DNA of 48,744 bases from a virus. Below the pieces are notes generated by a model, which made no database searches, was not told the DNA's origin, and saw nothing but the letters and a program-made list of their open reading frames with translations. The translations under genes were made by a program, and so were the position numbers. Location of the stretch: the IMG/VR virus record IMGVR_UViG_3300045988_145890; one strand, given 5' to 3'. Shown one piece after another: positions 8,357-17,168 of the stretch (the first letter of the stretch is position 1; every line of letters begins with the position of its first letter).

Positions 8357-8424
8357 GGATGTATAGTTCAATGGTAGAATTTCAGTACGCGTAGAAGATA
8401 TAGGTTCGATTCCTATTGCATCCA
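8357..8424 (+). tRNA. degenerate tRNA-like gene; best fold gives anticodon ACG (Arg), possibly a pseudo-tRNA
   Basis: 7-bp acceptor GGATGTA/TGCATCC, D arm GTTC-AATGGTA-GAAT and T arm ATAGG-TTCGATT-CCTAT. Only 68 nt long. The anticodon stem has a C x A mismatch and the variable region is 3 nt. Confidence 0.4.
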
Positions 8425-8516
8425 TTAACCGGTATGTTATTTCGTATTCATTGTTATTACTATTGTATAGTTAGACTACTCCTAAAGCAAATTTCCCCCA
8501 CATACCGGTTATTCAT

Positions 8517-8588
8517 TGGGCTATCGCCAAGTGGTAAGGCACGGGATTTTGATTCCCGCATTCGTTGGTTCGAATCCGACTAGCCCAG
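8517..8588 (+). tRNA. tRNA-Gln (anticodon UUG)
   Basis: Full cloverleaf. Acceptor TGGGCTA/TAGCCCA, anticodon arm CGGGA-TTTTGAT-TCCCG, T arm GTTGG-TTCGAAT-CCGAC. Closely resembles bacterial tRNA-Gln. No encoded CCA. Confidence 0.9.
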
Positions 8589-8652
8589 TTATAAATCCTT
8601 AGAATAAAGTAAAAGAAAGAAGGGATAATACAAAGTAAAAGGAAGTGAGAAA

Positions 8653-10020
8653 TTGAATATAGAGCAAGAAATAAAGTTAACAGTAAATGAGCACTTTATG
8701 GATTATGTAACAGATTGGGATCATCAAGAGTATTTGTTGGTAGGATCTTATGGTAGTAGTAAATCTTATGAAACAGCAACAAAGCTAATTCTTAAGTTAT
8801 TAAGTGAGAAGAGAAAAGCATTGGTTGTAAGAGATACATATGAGCAGATCAAAGAATCCTGCTATGATTTAATATATGAGATCTTAGATGGAATGGGCTT
8901 GGTTACAGAAGACAAAAGTAAGTCAAGCAGGGAAAAGTATGTGATTGCTTCTAAGTCACCATTACAGTTCATGTTTCCTAATGGTTCAAGGATCGTATTT
9001 AAAGGCATGGATAAACCAACAAAGGTAAAGTCAATCAATAATGTATCTATTGTATGGATGGAGGAAGCGTCTGAGGTTAAGTACAGTGCTTATAAGGAAT
9101 TGAAGTTAAGACTTAGAAATCCATTCTTGAAGATCTATTATTTATTGACAACTAATCCGGTTGATAAACAAAATTGGATATATACACATTTCTTTGAACG
9201 TAAGGAAGTAGATGCCAATGGCGAAGAAAAGTTGGTAGTGATTCAGAATGAGGAAGAGTTCTACAAACGGAGGATAATTAGGGACAATCCAAATGGTGTA
9301 TATTATCACCACAGTGTTCCGGAAGATAACTCATTCTTAACATTGGATTATATAGCTAAGTTGGAAGAACTTAAGACATACGATCCTGACTTATATAGAG
9401 TAGCAAGGGAAGGTAAGTTCGGTATCAATGGCCGGCGAGTCCTTCCTCAGTTTGTTATTGCAGATAATCCGAAAGAGTTTAAGAGGGCAGTTCTTGCTGC
9501 ACCAATTAAAAGGAATGGCTTTGACTTTGGCTTTGAGACATCATATAATGCTTTGGTAAGAATTGCAGTAGATACTAAGAATAGTATATTATATATATAT
9601 GATGAGTGGTATAGGAATCACTTAACGGATAAGCAAACAGCAGAGAAACTTGAGGAGTGGAATCCTGATAGTAAGAATTGGAGAGTAAAAGCCGATTGTG
9701 CACAGCCGGGATCAATTAAATATTTCCATGATGAGGGATTCGGATTTACAAAGTGCCATAAGATAACAAGACTTGAGCAGGTAAAGAAAGTAAAACGATT
9801 TAAGAAAATTATATGTAGTCCAAAATGTAAGAATACAATAAGGGAGCTTAAAGATCTTGTATATGCTGAGGATAGCAACGGCAATATGATTTATGACGAG
9901 TTCAATATTGATCCTCATACTTTCTCAGCTATATGGTATGCATTAGATGATGTTACTGTTGCTGATGTTAAAGAAAGAAAGAATAATAGTAAGAATGGAA
10001 GTGGTGCAAATGGAATGTGA
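8653..10020 (+). CDS. terL: terminase large subunit (PBSX/Terminase_3-like)
   Basis: 455 aa. Walker A-like GSYGSSKS and Walker B-like VSIVWMEEASE. Nuclease half in the C-terminus. TTG start after GGAAGTGAG. Confidence 0.85.
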   Translation: MNIEQEIKLTVNEHFMDYVTDWDHQEYLLVGSYGSSKSYETATKLILKLLSEKRKALVVRDTYEQIKESCYDLIYEILDGMGLVTEDKSKSSREKYVIASKSPLQFMFPNGSRIVFKGMDKPTKVKSINNVSIVWMEEASEVKYSAYKELKLRLRNPFLKIYYLLTTNPVDKQNWIYTHFFERKEVDANGEEKLVVIQNEEEFYKRRIIRDNPNGVYYHHSVPEDNSFLTLDYIAKLEELKTYDPDLYRVAREGKFGINGRRVLPQFVIADNPKEFKRAVLAAPIKRNGFDFGFETSYNALVRIAVDTKNSILYIYDEWYRNHLTDKQTAEKLEEWNPDSKNWRVKADCAQPGSIKYFHDEGFGFTKCHKITRLEQVKKVKRFKKIICSPKCKNTIRELKDLVYAEDSNGNMIYDEFNIDPHTFSAIWYALDDVTVADVKERKNNSKNGSGANGM

Positions 10021-10133
10021 TGTAGATCTGAAAAGTAAGTTTTCATGTGATAGTGACTTCATATCTATGTTCAAAGAAGAGTGGGTAAAAGTAACAAATT
10101 TATTAAAACAATATATTAAGGAGGAAAGAAAGA

Positions 10134-10361
10134 ATGAAGAATAATGTATTTAATCCAAATGTGAACACAACTAAATGGGTAAAAGCGGCAACAGTAAGAG
10201 CCATTAAGACAATGGCACAGACAGCTATTGGTATTATTGGAGCGGCTACAATGATTGAAAGTGTTGATTGGAGAGTAGTAGCAAGTGGCGCTATTATCTC
10301 AGGTATTGTAAGTATCTTAACAAGTGTAGCAGGTATTCCGGAGGTAGAAGAAAATGCGTAA
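10134..10361 (+). CDS. holin, r1t-type
   Basis: 75 aa. VRAIKTMAQTAIGIIGAA...VDW...IVSILTSVAG matches the r1t holin pattern, with two hydrophobic helices. Confidence 0.8.
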   Translation: MKNNVFNPNVNTTKWVKAATVRAIKTMAQTAIGIIGAATMIESVDWRVVASGAIISGIVSILTSVAGIPEVEENA

Positions 10362-11112
10362 TATATCACAGTTACATCCTGAGTTGAAGAAGAAAGTAGT
10401 AAAGCTTCAGAAAGAATGTTTGAAAGCAGGAATCAAGATAAAGATTGGTGAGTGTGTAAGAACAGTAGCGGAACAGAATGCTTTGTATGCAAAGGGTAGA
10501 AATGGTGTTCCTGGTCCAATTGTTACAAAAGCAAAAGGTACAGATTACAGATCAATGCATCAATGGGGAGTTGCTTTTGACTTTTTCTTGGATATGGATG
10601 TTGATAAAGATGGAAAGAAATCAGATGATGTTTTCAACAATGCAACGAAATTATTCAATAAGGTTGGAGCAATTGGCAAGAAGCTTGGTCTTGAATGGGG
10701 AGGAGATTGGAAGTCGATTAAAGATCTTCCGCATTTCCAGTTACCAGATTGGGGTAGTACAGCTACACAATTGAAGAAGAAGTATGGTACACCAGAAAAG
10801 TTCAAGGAAACATGGGATAATAAGAAAGAAGTAAAGCATGTCAAATCAAAACCAAACAATACTGTAACAGCTTCTAAGAATCCAACGGAGCCGGCTAGAC
10901 ATAGGGATTCCAAGTACAATGGTTTATATACAACAACAAGTAATTTGAATCTTAGAACAGGAGCTGGTACGAGTAAGCCAATTGTTACTGTTATTCCAAA
11001 AGGAACACGTGTTGCATGTCACGGCTACTATACAAATGTTGGCTCGGATGTTTGGTTATTCGTTCAGTATGGTAAGTACACTGGATTCGTAAGTAAGAAG
11101 CATTTAAAGTAA
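10354..11112 (+). CDS. endolysin: M15 (VanY/L-Ala-D-Glu peptidase-like) domain plus C-terminal SH3b
   Basis: RTVAEQNALYAKGR, SMHQWGVAFDF and GGDW...LPHFQ zinc-peptidase motifs. SH3b-like NLNLRTGAGTSKPIVTVIPKGTRV at the C-terminus. Confidence 0.8.
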   Translation: MRNISQLHPELKKKVVKLQKECLKAGIKIKIGECVRTVAEQNALYAKGRNGVPGPIVTKAKGTDYRSMHQWGVAFDFFLDMDVDKDGKKSDDVFNNATKLFNKVGAIGKKLGLEWGGDWKSIKDLPHFQLPDWGSTATQLKKKYGTPEKFKETWDNKKEVKHVKSKPNNTVTASKNPTEPARHRDSKYNGLYTTTSNLNLRTGAGTSKPIVTVIPKGTRVACHGYYTNVGSDVWLFVQYGKYTGFVSKKHLK

Positions 11113-11126
11113 GGAGGAATTAAACG

Positions 11127-12707
11127 ATGAGTGATGCTAATGTAAACATTACAACATCAATAGAAGATGGAGACATCGTATCGTATAGAGATATTCCTTA
11201 TGCAGTGTTGGATGATGATATTAGTGGCACTCTGAGGGAAGATTTTTTCCATGAACTTGGAAAGATAAAGAAGTTCTATCAAATTTACAAACAAGGTATG
11301 GACTTTACAACTGACGGAACAAATGGCGATTATATTCCAAGCCAACTGAGATTCAAAAAGGCAGCAGGATTGATCAATAAAGAAGCAAGGTTCATGTTTA
11401 GTACTCCAATGGATTTCTACGTTAATAAGGATCAGAATGAGACAGAAGAGCAGAAGGCAAACAATACAATACTGAATAACTTCTTGCAGAAAGTATTGAA
11501 GAAAAACTTCTTTGATAAGAATGTATTGAAAGCGGCAAAGGATTGCTTCATTGGTAAAAGAGTTGCTTGTATTCTTAATTTCAATGAGGACTCAGGTATT
11601 GCAGTTGATTTCCTTAATCCGTTAGAGTTCTACTATGAAATGGCCGGAGCTGATATGCTTACTAAGATTGTTGCTTTCTTTGTTGAAGTTGAGGCATCCA
11701 ATAATGTAGAGAAGAAGATACGTAAGAAAACATATTGGATGGCAGATGATGGTTATTGTTGGGTACATGAGGTTATGTATAATGGCTTAGGTGTACAGCT
11801 TGAAGAATTAGTTCCTGCAAGGTCTACGTTGTTTGAATATATTCCAGCGGTAGTGATCCTTAATGATGGTCTTACAAATGATATTAGAGGGGAATCGGAG
11901 ATAGAGGATTATGCCAAGTACGAAAAGTATTACAGTAAATTAGTAAATAGTGATTTTGATGCAGAAAGAAAGAGTATGAATCCTGTTCGCTATACTATTG
12001 ATGCTTCTTCGGGATCAACAAGCAACCTTTCAATTGGTCCTGGAGCATTTTGGGATATTCAATCAGATGATAATGGTGTTGAAGTGAAGAATGCTTCTGT
12101 TGGCCAATTGGAATCAAATATGAGTTACTCAGCAGCTTTGTCTGCTACATTGGATCGTGTAGATAATGAGATGCATAGCTTAGGATCAATTCCAAATATT
12201 GAGTCTGATAAGTTACAAGGAGTGATTACATCAGGTAAAACATTGAAAGCTCTTTACTGGCCATTGATCGTAAGATGCGACGAGAAGATGCAAACATGGG
12301 GAGCTGCGGCAGAGTTTATTGCTAAGTGTATCTTAGATGGTGCTTCATTATATCCAAAGGTTGTTCCATATTATACGAACGAAGAACTTCCTATTGTTGA
12401 GGCTGATATTCAGGTAATGAACAATTATGCTTTACCAGAGGATGAACAGGATGAAAAGAATATTGATCTTGCAGAGGTAACAGCACAAACAATGAGCCGA
12501 TCATCTTATATGAAGAAATGGAGAAAGCTTACAGACAAGGAAGTAATGTCTGAGCTTCAGCAGATTGCTTTGGAACAGGAAATGTTATCAGGTAACTCTT
12601 ACGGTAACATTCCTCCAATGGAAAGAGATGACCAGTCATTAGATGGAGATGATGATAGTAAATTAGATGAACCTGATGTTGTTGAGGGATCACAGGATGA
12701 CGAATAA
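11127..12707 (+). CDS. portal protein (SPP1 gp6-like)
   Basis: 526 aa. Lies upstream of the MuF-like gene. Acidic C-terminal tail. Confidence 0.65.
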   Translation: MSDANVNITTSIEDGDIVSYRDIPYAVLDDDISGTLREDFFHELGKIKKFYQIYKQGMDFTTDGTNGDYIPSQLRFKKAAGLINKEARFMFSTPMDFYVNKDQNETEEQKANNTILNNFLQKVLKKNFFDKNVLKAAKDCFIGKRVACILNFNEDSGIAVDFLNPLEFYYEMAGADMLTKIVAFFVEVEASNNVEKKIRKKTYWMADDGYCWVHEVMYNGLGVQLEELVPARSTLFEYIPAVVILNDGLTNDIRGESEIEDYAKYEKYYSKLVNSDFDAERKSMNPVRYTIDASSGSTSNLSIGPGAFWDIQSDDNGVEVKNASVGQLESNMSYSAALSATLDRVDNEMHSLGSIPNIESDKLQGVITSGKTLKALYWPLIVRCDEKMQTWGAAAEFIAKCILDGASLYPKVVPYYTNEELPIVEADIQVMNNYALPEDEQDEKNIDLAEVTAQTMSRSSYMKKWRKLTDKEVMSELQQIALEQEMLSGNSYGNIPPMERDDQSLDGDDDSKLDEPDVVEGSQDDE

Positions 12708-12800
12708 GGCATTTTAAGTAATAAGCTAATAAAATATAAGGCTAAAAAGTAAAAATCCCTTTAAGGGCCAAATAAATGAATTTGAAGGAGGTTGCTGATT

Positions 12801-14516
12801 ATGTACAATTTAAGATTCGCAAAAGCTGAACAAACACGTAAAGCAATTACTAATCAGCAACTGCGACAAATTAAAAGTATGTATCAGGAAATTGCTGATC
12901 AATATTCAAGAAGAATAGAAAATCTTTCAAGTAAGACAAATATAAGTTCGATACTTAGAACACAGTATTTGAATGAATATCAAAAGCAACTTGCTGATGA
13001 ACTTGGCAAGGTAAATCGTAGGATTGAATCCAATATCAAGTCAGGTATGAAACAAACAGCAGAAGCTGTATTAGAGGATGAAATAAGAAGAGCTAAAGAA
13101 TTAGGTTTTGCCGGAATAACAGGAAAATATTCAAATATTCCTACTGATGTAGTTGAGACAATAATTTCCGGTCAATTATATCAAAGTGATTGGTCATTAA
13201 GTAGTGCTATTTGGGGTACAAATAAAAAGATACAGCAGGATTGCCAAAATATTGTAGCAAGAGGTATTGCAGCAAATAAGGGTGTATATGAAGTTGCAAA
13301 AGATTTAGAAGCTTACGTAAATCCAGAAGCAAGAAAAACATACAAATGGGCAAGAGATTATCCAGGTAGTAACAAAGTGATTGATTACAATGCCAGTAGA
13401 TTGGCAAGAACAATGATGAGTCATGCATATCAAGAAGCCTTTGAAAGATCAACTGCAAAAGATCCTTGGGTAGAAGCTTATCAATGGAATACTGGTCATA
13501 ATAATAGAGTTTGTCCATTGTGTATTGAAAGGGAAGAAAATGATTCGTATGGATTAGGTCCAGGGGTATATCCAAAGGGAGAAGTACCATTGGATCATCC
13601 AAACGGTCAATGCTTTCTGACAATAGTTCAAACAAAAAGTACAAATGATGTTGTTAATGATTTAGCAAATTGGTATAATGGCACTGGAAATGAAAAGATG
13701 AATGGCTTAATTGATGAGTTTGCTTATTCACTTGGCTATACTCCTGAGATGTTAAAAAAGACAGTAAGGAAAGTTGGTGTTGAATCTGCCGCTGAAAAGA
13801 TTAAACAATATTCTGATAGACAAATAAAAAATGCATCAAAGTTTATAAAAGAATTAGAAATGGATCAAGCAAGTGTTGATAACTATATGAACACATTAAA
13901 AGGAACAAGCAGAGAATTTCAAAATGCATTTGTAGATGCTATGAAAAAGAAAGTAAAAAATTGGGATTTTGATGATAAAGGAAGCTATTATTCATCATCA
14001 AAACAAGAGATAAAATATACGTATGGAAGTATAGAAGCTTGGATGTTTAGTGGAAATAATCATCAAAAGCAAACACTTTTTCACGAAATAGGGCATGCAA
14101 TTGATGATTTAAGAAAAGGAACTAATTCCAAATGGACAAATAAAAAAGAATTTGTGGATGCAATGCTAAAAGATATGAATATTATGAATGAAAAATGTAA
14201 AAATGGAGAAATTGAATATATTCTTGAGTTAAGGAAAATGGTAAACGATAATTCTTCGAAAGGTGTTCAAGATGCAATATCAGCAATGCATTGCAAAGGA
14301 ATAAATCTTAACAATGTTAAACCAAATGTGAAAGTACGGTGGCATCATTCACAAGAATACTACGAAAGAAGAAATGCAAAAAAAGAAGCTGCTTCTGAAT
14401 TGTTTGCAAATATGTGTGGTGCTCAAGCCGATAAAGGAGCAATAAAATATATAGAAAAATATTTTCCAAATGCTTACAAAGAGTTTTGGAATATCATAAA
14501 TGAAATAGGAAAGTAG
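12801..14516 (+). CDS. MuF/SPP1 gp7-like minor head protein fused to a C-terminal HExxH domain
   Basis: MuF core motif NRVCPLC...LDHPNGQCF. C-terminal roughly 290 aa carry HEIGH (14082-14096) and a downstream ASELFAN. ATG 12801 lies 9 nt after GGAGG. Confidence 0.7.
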   Translation: MYNLRFAKAEQTRKAITNQQLRQIKSMYQEIADQYSRRIENLSSKTNISSILRTQYLNEYQKQLADELGKVNRRIESNIKSGMKQTAEAVLEDEIRRAKELGFAGITGKYSNIPTDVVETIISGQLYQSDWSLSSAIWGTNKKIQQDCQNIVARGIAANKGVYEVAKDLEAYVNPEARKTYKWARDYPGSNKVIDYNASRLARTMMSHAYQEAFERSTAKDPWVEAYQWNTGHNNRVCPLCIEREENDSYGLGPGVYPKGEVPLDHPNGQCFLTIVQTKSTNDVVNDLANWYNGTGNEKMNGLIDEFAYSLGYTPEMLKKTVRKVGVESAAEKIKQYSDRQIKNASKFIKELEMDQASVDNYMNTLKGTSREFQNAFVDAMKKKVKNWDFDDKGSYYSSSKQEIKYTYGSIEAWMFSGNNHQKQTLFHEIGHAIDDLRKGTNSKWTNKKEFVDAMLKDMNIMNEKCKNGEIEYILELRKMVNDNSSKGVQDAISAMHCKGINLNNVKPNVKVRWHHSQEYYERRNAKKEAASELFANMCGAQADKGAIKYIEKYFPNAYKEFWNIINEIGK

Positions 14517-14545
14517 TTTACTTTTTGTTTTAAATATGTTATAAT
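14517..14545 (+). promoter_or_regulatory. sigma70-like promoter
   Basis: TTTACT (14517-14522), 17-nt spacer, TATAAT (14540-14545), immediately after the MuF stop. Confidence 0.55.
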
Positions 14546-14573
14546 TAAATTAAACTAAATAGGAGGTGATAAA

Positions 14574-14774
14574 ATGTATGATGGAAATACAAGTGAGATT
14601 TTAAAAGAACTTGAGAAATATCAGAATAAGTTTAATGAAGGATTTCCATTGATGCAAGCTTATGGCGATGCTAAAATTGTTCGAAAACAAATTATGGAAT
14701 GTATCAACAAAAACAAAAGAGCAAGTGTTTTATGGCCTGAAATTTACGGTGAGTGTAATGGTAAATTTATTTAA
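14574..14774 (+). CDS. hypothetical protein (moron)
   Basis: 66 aa. AGGAGGTGA RBS. Has its own promoter. Confidence 0.6.
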   Translation: MYDGNTSEILKELEKYQNKFNEGFPLMQAYGDAKIVRKQIMECINKNKRASVLWPEIYGECNGKFI

Positions 14775-14791
14775 AAAATACATAAAAACTG

Positions 14792-14820
14792 TTTACAAAT
14801 TCGTAAATATGGTATATAAT
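14792..14820 (+). promoter_or_regulatory. sigma70-like promoter (family member)
   Basis: TTTACA (14792-14797), 17-nt spacer, TATAAT (14815-14820). Confidence 0.6.
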
Positions 14821-14871
14821 ATAATTATAAATTAAATATTATAAATTTTAAATTTATGGAGGTAAAAAAAA

Positions 14872-15117
14872 ATGTATAATTTTGAAACAATGAGAAAAAA
14901 TATGGAAGATTCAGGAGTATATTCATCCGAAGATATTGATTCCATTACATCTTTAGAAAAGCAATATGTTGAGGAATGCAAAGAAATTGCCTTACAATGC
15001 GAGATGGAAGGTAAGCCTGCTAATGGAGAGGATTATGATTTGCGGTGCGGAGAAGCCAAAAAATATTATGATGAGCAAATTGCATTTATTGATGCAAAAT
15101 ATTTAGAGAGTATATGA
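14872..15117 (+). CDS. hypothetical acidic protein (moron)
   Basis: 81 aa. GGAGG RBS. Confidence 0.6.
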   Translation: MYNFETMRKNMEDSGVYSSEDIDSITSLEKQYVEECKEIALQCEMEGKPANGEDYDLRCGEAKKYYDEQIAFIDAKYLESI

Positions 15118-15153
15118 TTAGTTCAGATGCAAATAAAAATGATTAAGAGGATC

Positions 15154-15185
15154 AAGCTGGTAGAAATACCGGCTTATTCTTGTTT
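15154..15185 (+). terminator. rho-independent terminator
   Basis: 9-bp stem AAGCTGGTA/TACCGGCTT (one G-U pair) with a GAAA loop, followed by ATTCTTGTTT. Confidence 0.6.
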
Positions 15186-15199
15186 AAAGGAGAAAAAAG

Positions 15200-15583
15200 A
15201 TGAATAAAAAAGTTGAAGTAATATGTGAAGAGTGTAAGAGCGAGTTTTTATTTGATGCTGTGGAAATCAAACAGAAAGAAAAAGTAAAGATTGGTAATGA
15301 CACCTTTGCGATAATTTATTACAAATGTCCTGAATGTGGAGCAATTCAATTAGTAGGGATGTTAAATTATCGAGCAAAACGAATTAGAGATTCATATTTT
15401 GCAGCTTATGATTCTGTTAGAAAAATGGAAGTAACTGGTGATCACATGCTACGTCCGGTTATTTACAAAAAAAGAAAAGATAAGCTTGAAAAATTAAAGT
15501 TAGAAAACACGGAATATCAGCAAATGCTTTTGAATCAATATAAGGACAAGATTCCTGCTGAAGTATTTGAGGAGGTAGAGTAA
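15200..15583 (+). CDS. zinc-ribbon protein, paralog A
   Basis: 127 aa. CEEC...CPEC. Ends IPAEVFEEVE. Confidence 0.6.
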   Translation: MNKKVEVICEECKSEFLFDAVEIKQKEKVKIGNDTFAIIYYKCPECGAIQLVGMLNYRAKRIRDSYFAAYDSVRKMEVTGDHMLRPVIYKKRKDKLEKLKLENTEYQQMLLNQYKDKIPAEVFEEVE

Positions 15584-15939
15584 TGATGGATAACAAAATC
15601 ATTTGTGATAATTGCCATTGTGAAATATCGAAAGCAAAAATTGAGTTCAAAAGTAAAGATGTAAAAATTGCAGGTAGCAAAATAGGCATTCAGTATTTTA
15701 AATGTCCAATGTGTAACAAGCCATATTTGATTACTGTTGAGAATTATACAGTTTGTAAGAAAAAAGAAAAGTATGATCTGATTATGAGGAGTATAAACAG
15801 AAAACGAAAATACGGTATTAAAGTTTCTGAGGGAAGATTGAAAGAAGCTATAGAATTAAAAGATGATCTTATAAGCTACGAAATGCAGCTTAGAGATAGA
15901 TACAGAAATCTTATACCACGTGAGGTTTTTGAAGATTAA
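15583..15939 (+). CDS. zinc-ribbon protein, paralog B
   Basis: 118 aa. CDNC...CPMC. Ends IPREVFED. Same architecture as 15200..15583, with a TAATG overlap. Confidence 0.6.
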   Translation: MMDNKIICDNCHCEISKAKIEFKSKDVKIAGSKIGIQYFKCPMCNKPYLITVENYTVCKKKEKYDLIMRSINRKRKYGIKVSEGRLKEAIELKDDLISYEMQLRDRYRNLIPREVFED

Positions 15940-15988
15940 AATGTGGATTTTGTCACCAAGACAATAACTGGAAGAAAAGGAGATAAAA

Positions 15989-16729
15989 ATGAAAAACAGA
16001 ACAATTGAGGAACTGTTAGAAAACAGAGCAATGCCTATGAATCTTCAGCACTTTGCTGAGCTAGATGATCATGACAAAGATGATGATCAGGATGATAATG
16101 ACGGTGATGATTCAAATGGTGACGACCATGATGATGATTCAGATGGTGATAGCAAAGACAGTAAAGGCAAAGACACTGAAAAGAAGTTTACACAAGCTGA
16201 TATGACAGCAACTGCAGCTAAAGAGAAAAAACAAGGACGTGCGGCAGCTTTTCGTGAGATGGGATTCAAGTCTGAGAAAGAAGCAAAAGCTCAGTTGGAA
16301 GCTTTTAGAAAGTATCAGGAATCTCAGTTAACTCCGGAGCAAAAGACGGCGGCACAGATTCAGCAGGCAAAAGATGATAAGTCGGATGCTGAAAAGAGAG
16401 CAGAAGCTGCAGAAAATAAGTTAGCAGCTATTCAAGCGGGTGTAAAGAAGGATGCTGTTGATGATGCTGTTGCCATCGCAATGATGAAGGTTGAAGATGG
16501 TAAATCATTAGAAGATGTTCTTGGCGAGATGAAAACTCAGCCACGATACAAGGGTTTTTTCGATGGTTCAGACGACGACGATGATGATAATGGCGGAAAA
16601 GGTGGCACTGGTACAAGTGTCCGGCACAAATCGTCTAAAAAGGATGAAGATGGAATTGGAAAAAGACTTGGTCAAGCACAGGTTAATGGAAATGCTATGA
16701 CAAAGAAAAGTAGCTTTTTTAGAAGTTAA
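15989..16729 (+). CDS. scaffolding protein (putative)
   Basis: 246 aa. D-rich tracts and a coiled-coil-like middle. Lies upstream of the capsid genes. Confidence 0.55.
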   Translation: MKNRTIEELLENRAMPMNLQHFAELDDHDKDDDQDDNDGDDSNGDDHDDDSDGDSKDSKGKDTEKKFTQADMTATAAKEKKQGRAAAFREMGFKSEKEAKAQLEAFRKYQESQLTPEQKTAAQIQQAKDDKSDAEKRAEAAENKLAAIQAGVKKDAVDDAVAIAMMKVEDGKSLEDVLGEMKTQPRYKGFFDGSDDDDDDNGGKGGTGTSVRHKSSKKDEDGIGKRLGQAQVNGNAMTKKSSFFRS

Positions 16730-16751
16730 TGTTAAGAAGGAGGATTGAAAA

Positions 16752-17150
16752 ATGTTAAATCAATCAGGTATTACAAAAACGAGTGGTCTTGCAAGAAAGA
16801 CAATTCTTATTGACACTCAATTATTTTTCGCATTACCATGTATGATTGCGGCAACAGAAGTTAAAGCTGGATCAGATGGTAAGAAGATTGTAAAAGCAGG
16901 AACTCCACTTAAAGGTTCATTACTTAACAGAGATGAAGCTTTTACAGTAGGAGCAAAGGACGATGCTATTGTTGGTATTGCAGAACATGATGTAGATGTT
17001 ACTGCAGGAACAGCAAATGGTGGCATTATTGTATTTGGCTTTATTGATGAGAGTAAGCTTGATACAGATGTAGTTGCATTGCTTGATACTGAAAATACAG
17101 ATACAACAAAGCTTAGAGATAAGCTTACAAAGATTACGTTTTGTAAGTAG
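16752..17150 (+). CDS. head decoration-like protein (putative)
   Basis: 132 aa. Sits between the scaffold and an E-type capsid gene. Strong AGGAGG RBS. Confidence 0.4.
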   Translation: MLNQSGITKTSGLARKTILIDTQLFFALPCMIAATEVKAGSDGKKIVKAGTPLKGSLLNRDEAFTVGAKDDAIVGIAEHDVDVTAGTANGGIIVFGFIDESKLDTDVVALLDTENTDTTKLRDKLTKITFCK

Positions 17151-17168
17151 TAAAGGAGGGATAAAAAG

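Noticed and set aside
9947-10144. 65-aa ORF overlapping the terL 3' end
   Set aside because: Most of it is an alternative frame of terL. Only the part from ATG 10010 (44 aa) lies outside terL. It has a weak RBS and no motif, so it is not listed as a feature.
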